The notes under the pieces: generated by a model
Seen by the model: the letters and a program-made list of their open reading frames with translations, nothing else
The model's database searches: none
What the model was told of the DNA's origin: nothing
Program-made: the position numbers and the translations under genes
Shown here: positions 19,621 to 30,300 of the stretch, in pieces
Numbering within the stretch: position 1 is the first letter of the stretch
Layout: each line of letters begins with the position of its first letter
IMG/VR virus record: IMGVR_UViG_3300035501_000922
Strand: one strand, 5' to 3'
Source of the DNA: a virus
Taxonomy: Duplodnaviria > Caudoviricetes
Length of the DNA stretch: 64,000 nucleotides

Positions 19621-20352
19621 TTGGCTTATTTTAAATCAGATAGTAAGTATATCTATCTTGAACAAGATTATTGTGAATTTTATATTCCTATATCATACTT
19701 TGAAGGTACGTCAGGATTTGCTGAAGACCAAGGTCAAATGATTAAAGCTATGGGTATTTTCAATATAGGTTTTTTTGAAAATGGTAATTTGAAAGAAACT
19801 AGAGTATTGAATTTGCCGTCATGGATAAATCTTTATGTTTATGATTATGAACTTCGTTCAGTTAATCTACCCGGTGAGTCTTCACCTGTTCCATGTAAAG
19901 TATTAAAGTATTATCATGGTAGTAAAGTGATGGATAGTGTTATAATCGAAGATAGTTCAAATGCTGAGCTATATTTGAAGTTTATTACACAAGGTAAAAT
20001 CCCACCGTCAGTTCCATACGATAAATCTTTGATTTTATGGAGAAAGAATCAAGCTATGACTGGAGTTAAGTTTGATGTACCATCGGTTATTGCAGAGCTT
20101 ATTCTATCTGCGTCATATCGTGATAAGAATGACCCAAGTAGAAAATTTGCTCAAGTAATTGGTAAAGACCCTAATAATGTATCACAATATGATTATAAAA
20201 TGGCAAGTATCCGACAGATTTGTCAGTATACTTCGACCTTTACTGCTATCACATTTGAAGATATTGATAGTATGATTACGACATCTTTAAATCGTTGTAG
20301 AGATAAAAAACCCGAGGTGGAATCACCTATCGAGAAGATTATTAAGATGTAA
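19621..20352 (+). CDS. Candidate stand-alone C-terminal fragment of RNAP beta'
   Basis: IAELILSASYRD and TSTFTAITFEDIDSMITTS..ESPIEKII resemble beta' IEVIVRQM and SFISAASFQETTRVLTEA..ENVI; late promoter 19553..19564. Confidence 0.5.
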   Translation: MAYFKSDSKYIYLEQDYCEFYIPISYFEGTSGFAEDQGQMIKAMGIFNIGFFENGNLKETRVLNLPSWINLYVYDYELRSVNLPGESSPVPCKVLKYYHGSKVMDSVIIEDSSNAELYLKFITQGKIPPSVPYDKSLILWRKNQAMTGVKFDVPSVIAELILSASYRDKNDPSRKFAQVIGKDPNNVSQYDYKMASIRQICQYTSTFTAITFEDIDSMITTSLNRCRDKKPEVESPIEKIIKM

Positions 20353-20466
20353 CGAAAACTTAAAAACCATGTTTTTCTCGTAACAAATATATAAAAAATC
20401 TATAAATAAATATATAGAAATTCTAAAAATCTATAAAATGAAATTTATAAAGGAGGTTTATAGATT

Positions 20467-22758
20467 ATGGCACAGACTACCCAAATCGTACCTAAATTTT
20501 CTTTTCCTTATGTAGAGACGGTAATCAATGACTATACAGAAGTAACGAGTACTGTAGATTCTGCACGTACAGATCCTACTGTAACATATGCTTTTCCGTT
20601 TATCTCTTCTAAAGGAATAGATAATACTTTCGTAAGAAAGACGTCGTACAGTAGTTTTGTTTCTACTTATGGAAAATCTAACTATAAAAAATATGGTCAG
20701 CCTCTTATGATGCCGCTGGCTATTCTTCAGGAGTCCAATACCCAAGTATGGTGTATGCGTGTAATGCCTGAGAATGCGACGTATTCGAACAATGTTATTT
20801 CGTTATACTATAAAGCTGACGAGTCTTCTGAGTCTACAGATGCAAGCAAAAAAAAGTTTCGTATAAAGTTTACTCAGAAGAATATTTCTGATGTAACAAC
20901 TGTAGAACAGTTCAATAGTTTGAAGGATGAAATTGACGGTACCGGCACTGATGATGAGGGATATACACAGGTACCCATTATGGGTCTCAGATCTGCAGGT
21001 CGTGGTACATATGGTGATAACTACACTGTTCGTTTAAGTCAGAATACTACGTATGAAAAAGAATATGGCATTAAGATGTATAACTTTGAAATCCTTACTA
21101 TGGATGGTGGATTACAAAAGATTGCAACATATGTTGCTTCTATTTGCTCTTCTACTAAGTACGATGCATCTACATTAATTGACGATATTCTTGATAATAC
21201 TGATGTTGGTGTTGTACCTGTTTTCATTTCTGTTAATGAGGATAACTTAGAGACAGTTTATGATGCATACGTTGAGTTCTTAAAAGAACAGAATCCGCTT
21301 CTTGAAGCTGAGTATGACACTAAGCTTGCTAAGTATAAGGAAGCTTTCTCGGATGCTGATATTGACGGAATGCTCAAGGGCACTGTAAATGTCAAGGTAG
21401 CTACTGCTGAAGTTGACGGCAAGCAAGTTAAACTTACTGATGCTATTACTGAATTACAGACGATTGCTAAGTACATTGAAGCAACCACTGAAGATAATCT
21501 CATCGATTTCGATGAATTCGATCCGTTCTTTGCTAACACTGTTGCATCGTCAGATATTCTTCCGTTCATCTCATTCCCGTCCGAGGAGCCTGCTTCGGGT
21601 GTACCTGAGGGAGCTGATTCTGCAGATTATACAAAAACCACAAACATGCCTGTATTTGGTTCTGTTAAGGGTGTTGGATTATCATCTGGTAGCAACGGTT
21701 TCTTTGATAATCCTCGTGTAGTTGATGAGGTCGGTAATATTCTGACTGTTAAGACTACAACAAGCGAAGATAGTGGCGAGACCGTAACATACTGGAACTC
21801 TGATGGTTCTGAGTATAAGGGTGATGTAACAAAATGGACTGTTGAACAAGAGATTGAACAGTGCTATATTAACGCATTTAGTGGTGTTTACGATAGAAGA
21901 ATCCTTGCTTCTCGCAGAATTCCTGTTGATGCTTTCTGGGATGCTAACTATCCGTTCGAGGTTAAGAAAACACTTGCTGACTTAGCAGTTGTAAGAGCAG
22001 ATGCACTCTGCTATCTTGATACTGGTATTGATTATACGTCCTATTCAGCTTCGAATCTGAAGGCTCTTATTACTGATTACAGCATCTTCAATGATAAACT
22101 TATCAGTAAGAACTTACAGTATTTCACTGTAAAAGAACCGTCTACACAAAAGAAGGTTAAAGTAACTATTACTTATTTCCTTGCTACCCAATATGCAAGT
22201 CACGTTGCTTTATATGGTACTCACATTCCTCTTGTTAAATCCAAGGCTCAATTAACTGGTCATGTAAGAGATACTCTTGAACCCAGTATTGAAGATTATG
22301 AGTCAGACCTTAAGGAAACATTATACGACAATCGTTTCAACTATTTTGAAACTCTTGACGAGAATGTATTCCAGAGAGCCACTCAGTCTACTGCTCAGGA
22401 AGAGACATCAGACCTCAGTGAGGAAAACAACGTTGCTACACTGTATAATATGAAGAGAGTTGTAGAATCTGATATTCAGGATGAACTCTATGATTTCGCT
22501 GATTCTGATACAAGAGATAGATTCACAACATATGAAAAGGCTAAGTTCGCTAACTGGATTGGCTCTAAGGTTCTTTCATTTACTATCACTTTTACAGTGA
22601 ATGAATGGGAATTCGATCACTCAATTTTACATGCGTATATTGAAGTTGTATTCAGAGGATTACAGAAGAGAGCTATTCTTGAAATAGACATTAACAAGAG
22701 AACGTATTCTACTGATGATACATCCAGCGAATCAACGTCTGGATACACTATTTTATAA
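20467..22758 (+). CDS. Contractile tail sheath protein
   Basis: PYVETVIND start, YGKSNYKKYGQP, WCMRV, DANYP..KK..DLA..RAD, LSEENNV; followed by tube-sized gene; late promoter 20382..20393. Confidence 0.85.
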   Translation: MAQTTQIVPKFSFPYVETVINDYTEVTSTVDSARTDPTVTYAFPFISSKGIDNTFVRKTSYSSFVSTYGKSNYKKYGQPLMMPLAILQESNTQVWCMRVMPENATYSNNVISLYYKADESSESTDASKKKFRIKFTQKNISDVTTVEQFNSLKDEIDGTGTDDEGYTQVPIMGLRSAGRGTYGDNYTVRLSQNTTYEKEYGIKMYNFEILTMDGGLQKIATYVASICSSTKYDASTLIDDILDNTDVGVVPVFISVNEDNLETVYDAYVEFLKEQNPLLEAEYDTKLAKYKEAFSDADIDGMLKGTVNVKVATAEVDGKQVKLTDAITELQTIAKYIEATTEDNLIDFDEFDPFFANTVASSDILPFISFPSEEPASGVPEGADSADYTKTTNMPVFGSVKGVGLSSGSNGFFDNPRVVDEVGNILTVKTTTSEDSGETVTYWNSDGSEYKGDVTKWTVEQEIEQCYINAFSGVYDRRILASRRIPVDAFWDANYPFEVKKTLADLAVVRADALCYLDTGIDYTSYSASNLKALITDYSIFNDKLISKNLQYFTVKEPSTQKKVKVTITYFLATQYASHVALYGTHIPLVKSKAQLTGHVRDTLEPSIEDYESDLKETLYDNRFNYFETLDENVFQRATQSTAQEETSDLSEENNVATLYNMKRVVESDIQDELYDFADSDTRDRFTTYEKAKFANWIGSKVLSFTITFTVNEWEFDHSILHAYIEVVFRGLQKRAILEIDINKRTYSTDDTSSESTSGYTIL

Positions 22759-22777
22759 TTAAAGGGTGGTGAAAAAT

Positions 22778-23653
22778 ATGGCAACTACAAGTACTTCTAA
22801 TACTAACAATGGTATTAGCCATACACAAACAATTCAACAGGGTACTTCTTCTATGAAGACCTTCCAGGATGCTACATTAACTGATTACGCTTTATTTATG
22901 GGTGGTACAAATGTAACCCATGATGTTTTGGAGAAATATGACCCGTTAAAGACTGGTTACGGTCGTTTATTTATGATTCGTACTCCTGCGTTTGTTGATA
23001 AGCTGATTCCTACACAAATGGGTATTTTAAAGCACATCCTTGAGTACGGTAACACCTCGGTTCAGGGTATTGGTGACGTTTCTGTCAACTTTGATAGTAT
23101 CAAGGGTGGTTATTCTGGTAAATCATTTGAGCTTCCTACAGCTGTAGATGATGGAACGACTGCGTTTACCGTTAAGGTTTATGAATTCTCAGGTTCTCCT
23201 GTTCGTGAGGTTCTTCATACATGGATTAATGGTACTATTGACCTGTTAACAGGTTTAGCAACCTATCATGGTGTTGACCTCGAAAAGAAGCAGTCTAATC
23301 AAACTGCAGAATTTATTTACGTAGCTACAGATAATACCGGCGAAAAGGTTGAATATGCTTGCTTACTTGCAAACTGCTTCCCTAAGGGATTAAACACTGA
23401 TGTATTTAACTATGACTCCGGCACACATGCTCTGGTTGAAACCGATATTGAATTTACTTGCACAAAGTATGAATCTATTCAGATTAACAAGGTTGCTTGT
23501 GACCTGATAGACAAGTATAAGATGCTTGCTAACTCGCTTAACTTCCATAGTGGTTACACTGTTGATACATCTGTATCGAAGGGTTATGATATTACTGATG
23601 GTAAGATTAAGGATGGTATTACAGCAGATACAAATAGTGTTGTAGTTCACTAA
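22778..23653 (+). CDS. Tail tube protein
   Basis: Directly after sheath, high-expression codons, E.SGSP...WI..., EYACLLANCFP, FNYDSG..IEF. Confidence 0.8.
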   Translation: MATTSTSNTNNGISHTQTIQQGTSSMKTFQDATLTDYALFMGGTNVTHDVLEKYDPLKTGYGRLFMIRTPAFVDKLIPTQMGILKHILEYGNTSVQGIGDVSVNFDSIKGGYSGKSFELPTAVDDGTTAFTVKVYEFSGSPVREVLHTWINGTIDLLTGLATYHGVDLEKKQSNQTAEFIYVATDNTGEKVEYACLLANCFPKGLNTDVFNYDSGTHALVETDIEFTCTKYESIQINKVACDLIDKYKMLANSLNFHSGYTVDTSVSKGYDITDGKIKDGITADTNSVVVH

Positions 23654-23680
23654 AATATAAAAAAAAATAAGAATGAGCGA

Positions 23681-24010
23681 TTATTTACGCTCATTCTTAT
23701 TTTTAACCTTCTCAAGCTTCTTCTCCACAGATTCGTCCAGCTCACGGACGACATCCATGTCACTAGGGAGGTCCCTAAAAGACGGGATGTATTTACTAAG
23801 TAATTTGACGTAAGACCAGTCCTCATCTATATGAATGGTATATATAACCAATGTTATCAGCATAACCGATATCATTGGTAAAATCTCTCCAAGTAGAATG
23901 AGGGGATTATTAGCCAGAGACTGTATCTCGGGTCTGTCCGAAAAGAGACAGAAGGTTCCCAACATATTTAAACATATGAAGAAGAACCAGATATGTGTTA
24001 CAGTAATCAT
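23681..24010 (-). CDS. Small early two-TM membrane protein
   Basis: Two hydrophobic segments, shared leader with the 10754 gene, early promoter 24076..24086. Confidence 0.75.
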   Translation of the reverse strand: MITVTHIWFFFICLNMLGTFCLFSDRPEIQSLANNPLILLGEILPMISVMLITLVIYTIHIDEDWSYVKLLSKYIPSFRDLPSDMDVVRELDESVEKKLEKVKNKNERK

Positions 24011-24111
24011 AATATACTCCTTCTCTGTTTTAAAGTCTTTACAGCTGACTAATTAAATTGTTTTTGTTCACATGAATAATATATAATTATAAAAGTTAAT
24101 TTTACGATTAA

Positions 24112-24149
24112 AAAGATGGGAATGAATATTAATATTCATTCCCATCTTT
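24112..24149. terminator. 38-bp perfect palindrome / portal terminator
   Basis: AAAGATGGGAATGAATATT|AATATTCATTCCCATCTTT. Confidence 0.8.
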
Positions 24150-24155
24150 AGTTTT

Positions 24156-26585
24156 TTATTGTAAATCCTCTCCAAGATCCCCTAAGCCATCATCACCACT
24201 GTCTCCATTATTAGGATTCGGTTTTAATGACCTCTCTTTTACTTCCATTTCAGCTTTTTCATACAGTTCCATAATTTTATCCATATTAAGCATAGGAAGC
24301 TGCTCTTCTGCATATAATCTCTTAAATGCACGAATCTTCTTAGCAATATCCATATCTTCAGATTGACTCGGATCGTCATATAAAATTGCTGTAACGAAAT
24401 CAACCAACTGGTTAAAGTTATTTATAGCTTCAGCTTTGGCATTAGTTGCTACAGTCTTAGGAGGCTGTAATGTGAATTCAAAATTATCAACTAATTGTTC
24501 GGGAATATTAGTCGACCATCTCATAATCTTTTTATATAAATCAGTTATACTAGAATTGAAGTCTAACTGATAATTTACAACACGCCCATTAAACTTTGTA
24601 TTATTCTGCTCAACAACTTTAGCAAACTCAGCTTCATTTAAGTAGTTAACAATAGCTGCAGGTACACCTGTACCGAGTATGTAACTGTTTTTAAGCATTT
24701 CAAGTAAGTCACTATTTAACTGCACATCTTGACCTGATAAAATTTCAGTTTCAATCGGTCTTTCATTAGAACGACCAGTTGGGACATACATTTCTGTACC
24801 ATTACCAACTTTATTTATCAGAGTAGTATAATTAAACAAGTCATACATATTGATTTGACGAGACTGTTTTATACGTGCAATTTCTTGTACTTTATTTGCA
24901 AGATTCTTATCAATACCTGATGACCTTATATAATTTACCTTCTGGTCATTACTATTCAAAATGATAGACATAATTTTGAATAATAAAAGCATTAAGTATA
25001 GTTTAGCATAAAACAATGATTTTTTAATCATTGATTGACCATTACCATCTTCATCTTGGTCTATCTTAAACGGTTGAATAAACTCAACTGGAATAAATTG
25101 AAACTTTAATCGTTTTTCATTTAAGTTATAATAATTGATGGCTTCTACTATAGTTTCTTTGAATTTAAGATTATCTTTTAAAAAGTCCTTATCAAAGCAA
25201 TCAACAATACGCTTTGCTATAGAATCAATAATCGTTTGTTGTTTACTATTTTCATCAAACTTACTGTAATATAAAGTTGAAGATATCATTCCCGACAATG
25301 GAGTTATATCTTCTGCTTGAATATAGTAGTAACCAATAACTTGATTCATTATTTTAATAGGTATGATTTTAGTCGGGTCTATAAGTTTAACATAGCAATC
25401 TTTAATATCAGAAAAGTCATCTTTTGTTTTACTTCTCTTTTTCTTAGTATCATCAACAAACGTAATACCGTCTTTTGTATCATCGTTAATAATCTTATTA
25501 AAAAAGCTATCAGCGGTTTGTTTATTTTTACGTGCGGTTTTTGCTTCAGTAAATGCAGTATCACCTGATTCACTTACATACTCTGTCATATATTCATTAA
25601 GTGAAGCATAACCTTCTTCCACAACAGGAAGAGGAACTGAATCGTTACAGATTGTAATATTTTTAAGCATATTATCTACATCTTCAGTAAACTTAGCTTT
25701 ATCAACTTTTGTCTTTTCACTAGATGGAAGATGTGAAACGTACTCAGTATAAAGGTCTTCTGTAAACTTTGATTTATTCTTTGATTTATTCCTATCTTTT
25801 CTCTTAGAATCATCTGATACACTCTCATATAATGAAGTTTCTCTATACAGTTTTCCAGTCCTAGGGTCAATGTTTTTAGTTTTCATAAAATCGTTAAATA
25901 TTCTAGAATATGGAATAACATACACATAGTATTCACCATACTCAAGTGTCTTAGGAATAATAAAGTTTTTAATCTTCTCAAGTAGTTGAAAACGCTTCTC
26001 CACTGATTCAATTATAGGAATGGCATTATCAGCATCATCCTTATCAAGTTTATCAAACTTAAGAGTTCTGGACATACGTCCTTCAACAACATCAGCTGAT
26101 ATTATAGCATCACGAGTAATCAATATAGCTTCGTTAAGTTCTATTAACTGAGATGCTACTTCATGTAAATCCGATTGTTCGAGTAATCTGTTTCTGTATG
26201 CTTCATACATGAACCCCTGCATCGTCTGAGCTTCATCACCAGTCATACTAAGAAACTGGTTATCTAATAAATTCGAGACAGCAGTTGATTTTTTATCGGT
26301 TGAATAAAGTTTATTAATAAATGATGTGACATCCTCTTCATCTTTTTGTGTCAAGGAGTCAATTTCATTATGAAGTAATGACTGAAATTTAGTATTCAGA
26401 GTATCAACGTCTGATACTCTATCAGTACCGTATAAATTTAAGTTTGCTTGACCTAGAATATTTTCGAGCTGAGTTAAATTTCTACGGACTTTTTTATCTT
26501 TTAGTATATTTGCAGCAGTGAGTAAATCTTCTTCTTGCTGTGTATTTTTAGGATTTTTCTTATCCTTATTATTATTTCTCGCCAA
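24156..26585 (-). CDS. Portal protein
   Basis: T4 gp20-like layout (TLEYGEYY, SMIKKSL..MLLLFKIMSII, MYVPTG..IETEILSGQ, GTGVP); late promoter 26616..26627. Confidence 0.78.
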   Translation of the reverse strand: MARNNNKDKKNPKNTQQEEDLLTAANILKDKKVRRNLTQLENILGQANLNLYGTDRVSDVDTLNTKFQSLLHNEIDSLTQKDEEDVTSFINKLYSTDKKSTAVSNLLDNQFLSMTGDEAQTMQGFMYEAYRNRLLEQSDLHEVASQLIELNEAILITRDAIISADVVEGRMSRTLKFDKLDKDDADNAIPIIESVEKRFQLLEKIKNFIIPKTLEYGEYYVYVIPYSRIFNDFMKTKNIDPRTGKLYRETSLYESVSDDSKRKDRNKSKNKSKFTEDLYTEYVSHLPSSEKTKVDKAKFTEDVDNMLKNITICNDSVPLPVVEEGYASLNEYMTEYVSESGDTAFTEAKTARKNKQTADSFFNKIINDDTKDGITFVDDTKKKRSKTKDDFSDIKDCYVKLIDPTKIIPIKIMNQVIGYYYIQAEDITPLSGMISSTLYYSKFDENSKQQTIIDSIAKRIVDCFDKDFLKDNLKFKETIVEAINYYNLNEKRLKFQFIPVEFIQPFKIDQDEDGNGQSMIKKSLFYAKLYLMLLLFKIMSIILNSNDQKVNYIRSSGIDKNLANKVQEIARIKQSRQINMYDLFNYTTLINKVGNGTEMYVPTGRSNERPIETEILSGQDVQLNSDLLEMLKNSYILGTGVPAAIVNYLNEAEFAKVVEQNNTKFNGRVVNYQLDFNSSITDLYKKIMRWSTNIPEQLVDNFEFTLQPPKTVATNAKAEAINNFNQLVDFVTAILYDDPSQSEDMDIAKKIRAFKRLYAEEQLPMLNMDKIMELYEKAEMEVKERSLKPNPNNGDSGDDGLGDLGEDLQ

Positions 26586-26668
26586 TGGATTTTCTCTCCT
26601 TTCGATTTTTCATGTTAAAAAAATGTTTCATAGTCACTTTTCTAACTGTGACTATGAAACATTAGTTT

Positions 26669-27253
26669 TTAATTTATATCTATATATTTATATACCATAT
26701 ATAACTGGAATAATGGGAAATCTAATGATACAATTAATTCATTATACTCCTTATCGGTTGTTATATTATAGTATAAATCGGAGACATTCTTTTCAGTAAC
26801 CAAAGGAAATAATGATTTACTAATTGTAATTTCAGGAATCTTTTTATTATCTTGAAAAAGATTCATGCTTATATTATTTTCAAATAAATTAGTAATATCA
26901 TTTTCACTAAAGTTAAAGCTTTTCCATGTCTCAGTTTTATTAATACAATCAAGCATATCCTGAATACGTTTATTTATATCTTCAATTTCACTTTTGTTTT
27001 TAACCTCAGATAAATAATCATTTAATTTATCTTTAGCATTTTTGATATTAGAGATATAATAAATCTTATTAGAATCAAATAAATCTTTACAAACTTCAAT
27101 GACACAAGGAGATAATCTACACAAGTAATAACCTGAATTATTTTCTTCTGATTCACTCCCACCTATAACATATTGGTTATTTATGATATACATGTCTGTC
27201 GTAAATACTTTTGTTACCTTTGTTAAGAAATCTCGAAATGTTGTTTTAGCCAT
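26669..27253 (-). CDS. Hypothetical protein co-transcribed with DNA polymerase fragment
   Basis: RBS AAGGAGG, directly downstream of 27266 gene. Confidence 0.7.
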   Translation of the reverse strand: MAKTTFRDFLTKVTKVFTTDMYIINNQYVIGGSESEENNSGYYLCRLSPCVIEVCKDLFDSNKIYYISNIKNAKDKLNDYLSEVKNKSEIEDINKRIQDMLDCINKTETWKSFNFSENDITNLFENNISMNLFQDNKKIPEITISKSLFPLVTEKNVSDLYYNITTDKEYNELIVSLDFPLFQLYMVYKYIDIN

Positions 27254-27265
27254 ATGAAAACCTCC

Positions 27266-29113
27266 TTAATCTAACTCTTCTTTTAATCTTTCATATACGT
27301 CATTTATGGATGGCATATTTAACCACTTATGACCTACAGATAACCAATTTCGAGTTTGGAAGTTGTCAAATACTTCTTTAGCAACATCATCTACAAATGA
27401 GTCATCATTCTCTTTACATGCTTGTGTATCAGTGATTCCATTAAATGGAATTTCTCCACCTCTTACATCATATTGATTAGGATTCAAAATAGTTTTAAAA
27501 ATAAGACAACTAGGGTCAATATTCATAGCAGCAATGCAAGATGGATAGAATCTTGACATATCCATATCAATACTATATTCAAATATTGAATTTGTATGCT
27601 CACCGAACATCTTAACACCAAAGTTATCTATTAACGATGGATTACCAACAAGTGCACCTTCAAACTTTGTCTTCTTATCGTCACCATCATCTTCATCTTC
27701 CTTTTCTTCATGATTATAAACAAACTTATTTACATTTTCACCGGGAACTAATCCTTGGTCCATAAATGATTTATACTGTACATTACGTAGTTTTACTGTT
27801 TGCTTAAATTCGCTTTCATAAGGTGTCATATTTTTATAAGATGTTAAATAATAGGTATCAACATCAGATGTCTTCTTTTCAATACCATACTGAAGAAGTA
27901 CGTCTTTGATATTATACAATACATACTTTAAGAAATTATTGTATGAAAGTGTTTTAATATTTCCATCTTCAGAGTAATTCAATTTCTCGTCTTTTAATTC
28001 TTTTTGTGCTATATACGTAAGTTTATTAGAACGCAATTCTTGCTGACCTTTACGAATAGCAGCATATACAATCATTTGGTCAAAGAATATTGTATATGAA
28101 GAGCAGTGGAAAAAGTCAGCTTTATTCTTAACCTGAAAATTAATGTGGTCTTTTTTAAACCAGCATTCTTTTACTGGAAAATCATGATGACACATTACAT
28201 CTGCAGGGTCAAGACCAAGTATACTTAATCTCTCCATGATAAAGGGAATATCAAATGATATATTCCAAATACCAATAAAGTCAAGTTTAAGCTTATTAAT
28301 CAACTGAAAAAGATGGACTAACATTTTACGCTCATCCTTATAGAAATAGAACTTGTATTCCATTCCGGGGTAACTCTCATCAAACATTTTATGAGCTTCT
28401 TCAGTTAATTCATCAACATGTGTTGACCAATATTCTTGTTGTTTAAGACGATTATCATACATTTCTCGTCTTTTAACTTCCTTATCTTTTTGCTCAGCAT
28501 TCATATTGCTCATATCTTTTTCTTTACATTCTACTCCTATTAAAGAAAAAGTATAAGAAGTTTGTGTTGTGAGGTCTATGACTGTTACAAGGTCAATAGG
28601 ACAAAACACTGGGTCGGCCATTCCTGTAACTTCCAGTGAATCAACTTCTATATCAAGGAATCCTTTAGTAATCTTTTTAGGTTTATTATTATCAAATGCT
28701 TCAATCCACTTATATCTATACCATGCTCTAATATCATAATCAGCACCGTATACATAAGGATATATATACATCTCTTGTAATCCTCGATAGTTTCCAGTAG
28801 TGAAGCAATTCTGTATCTTCTGTCTACCTGCATCTCCCATATCTTCTGCAATAGCAAAAATAATATCTTTGTACTTAACAGTTTTCTTATCAAGATTGGT
28901 AAGATGCTCATAATTTTTATTGTATATATGATTACGTACTTCAGGTTTTTCAAAATAAATATCAATAGCAGGTTCAGGTACAACCTGTAAATGTTTTTCC
29001 CCAGTACTTAAATCTTTCCAAATAATATAAAGATAATCAGGTTGATTATCTTTCCGTTTTGCTTTGATATATTGAATATCTAAAAGCATTGAATTTTCTT
29101 TGTTAATGTTCAT
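27266..29113 (-). CDS. Family B DNA polymerase, N-terminal (exonuclease + motif A) subunit of a split enzyme
   Basis: ExoI DIEVD, ExoII WNISFD, ExoIII YNIKD, FEGALV, DMSRFYPS..MNI; ends without motif B (KxxxN) or C (DTD). ATG 29113 after GAGG. Confidence 0.88.
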   Translation of the reverse strand: MNINKENSMLLDIQYIKAKRKDNQPDYLYIIWKDLSTGEKHLQVVPEPAIDIYFEKPEVRNHIYNKNYEHLTNLDKKTVKYKDIIFAIAEDMGDAGRQKIQNCFTTGNYRGLQEMYIYPYVYGADYDIRAWYRYKWIEAFDNNKPKKITKGFLDIEVDSLEVTGMADPVFCPIDLVTVIDLTTQTSYTFSLIGVECKEKDMSNMNAEQKDKEVKRREMYDNRLKQQEYWSTHVDELTEEAHKMFDESYPGMEYKFYFYKDERKMLVHLFQLINKLKLDFIGIWNISFDIPFIMERLSILGLDPADVMCHHDFPVKECWFKKDHINFQVKNKADFFHCSSYTIFFDQMIVYAAIRKGQQELRSNKLTYIAQKELKDEKLNYSEDGNIKTLSYNNFLKYVLYNIKDVLLQYGIEKKTSDVDTYYLTSYKNMTPYESEFKQTVKLRNVQYKSFMDQGLVPGENVNKFVYNHEEKEDEDDGDDKKTKFEGALVGNPSLIDNFGVKMFGEHTNSIFEYSIDMDMSRFYPSCIAAMNIDPSCLIFKTILNPNQYDVRGGEIPFNGITDTQACKENDDSFVDDVAKEVFDNFQTRNWLSVGHKWLNMPSINDVYERLKEELD

Positions 29114-29242
29114 TACATTATCCTCACTTTCTTTGAGTTTAATCTTCTGTTTTTTTGATAATAGAAATATGCTCATCGTTCATGTATCTAAAAAGCTAAC
29201 CCCAAAACAGATTAATAAATTTATAAAGGAGGTATCTTTATC

Positions 29243-30259
29243 ATGTATGACGAAATTGATGATTTAAATCCTGATAATAAAAAGAAGAATAAACGTCACA
29301 AAGAACTGTTAGACCAGTTAAAAGATGTTGAAGAATCTTCAGATTATACTATGCTGCCAAATGGTAGTTTTCTCCCTTCGTCTCTCTTAAAGGATAAAAA
29401 AGAAAAAGAAGAAAAAACTAAAACTAAAGATATATCTGAAGCTGAATCATATTTACCTGATGATTCGGACGATTGGCTTAATGCTATAATGGGAATGAAA
29501 ATTTCTAAACCTCATGGTGGCAAAGGAAAAGATTTATTTGCTTTAAGTGGTATTAGTAAGAAAAAGAAAAAGAAGAAAAAAGATAAGAATGAACTAACTA
29601 ATTTTTCAAAAGAGTTTGAACCTGAGATAAACTTATATCGAAATCTTTTACAAGACCAAAATAGATTTACTGATTCACTTCAGCGTGAATATGATGCTAT
29701 AAAATCTTCTAAGTCTTCAGCACGTGGTGTTAATAAGACTATGTCCGACCTTATTAAAAATATTACTGAGGCAAGAGCGTTATCAATGCAACTTGTTGAA
29801 AAGAACGTTAATACCAAGAAGCTTATTTCTGAACTTACAATGAAAGAAAAGAAAGAACTGGGTGTTGGACTTGGTGATGGAGAAAATATGGCAGATTTTG
29901 CTGGAACTCTCCTCAATAAGATGATTTCTGAACGTGGAAGTATTATTAATGGAGCTAGTACTGCTGAAGTTAGTGATTATACTGAAGATGAATTATTTGA
30001 TTCACTTGCAGAAAGTTTGTCTGATAATTCTAGACCTAGTGATGTTGAGAAATATCTTAAATATGAAAACCGAAATATCACAATTTATGCTGTAGTTAAT
30101 ACTGCTGATGTTGAAGATTACGATTATATAGCTAAGGATGAAGAAGGTAATATTATAGAAGATTATCCATTACCATATAAGACAAGCATTAGTGTTAACC
30201 GCTCAACAAACTATGCTACAGATGCATACGGAAAGAAGTACCAAATAATTTGGAAATAA
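29243..30259 (+). CDS. Hypothetical protein with poly-Lys tract and coiled coil
   Basis: RBS AAGGAGG, late promoter 29206..29217. Confidence 0.7.
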   Translation: MYDEIDDLNPDNKKKNKRHKELLDQLKDVEESSDYTMLPNGSFLPSSLLKDKKEKEEKTKTKDISEAESYLPDDSDDWLNAIMGMKISKPHGGKGKDLFALSGISKKKKKKKKDKNELTNFSKEFEPEINLYRNLLQDQNRFTDSLQREYDAIKSSKSSARGVNKTMSDLIKNITEARALSMQLVEKNVNTKKLISELTMKEKKELGVGLGDGENMADFAGTLLNKMISERGSIINGASTAEVSDYTEDELFDSLAESLSDNSRPSDVEKYLKYENRNITIYAVVNTADVEDYDYIAKDEEGNIIEDYPLPYKTSISVNRSTNYATDAYGKKYQIIWK

Positions 30260-30300
30260 TAAAGATAGTGAATAAGGAATTAACCTTATTCACTATCTTT

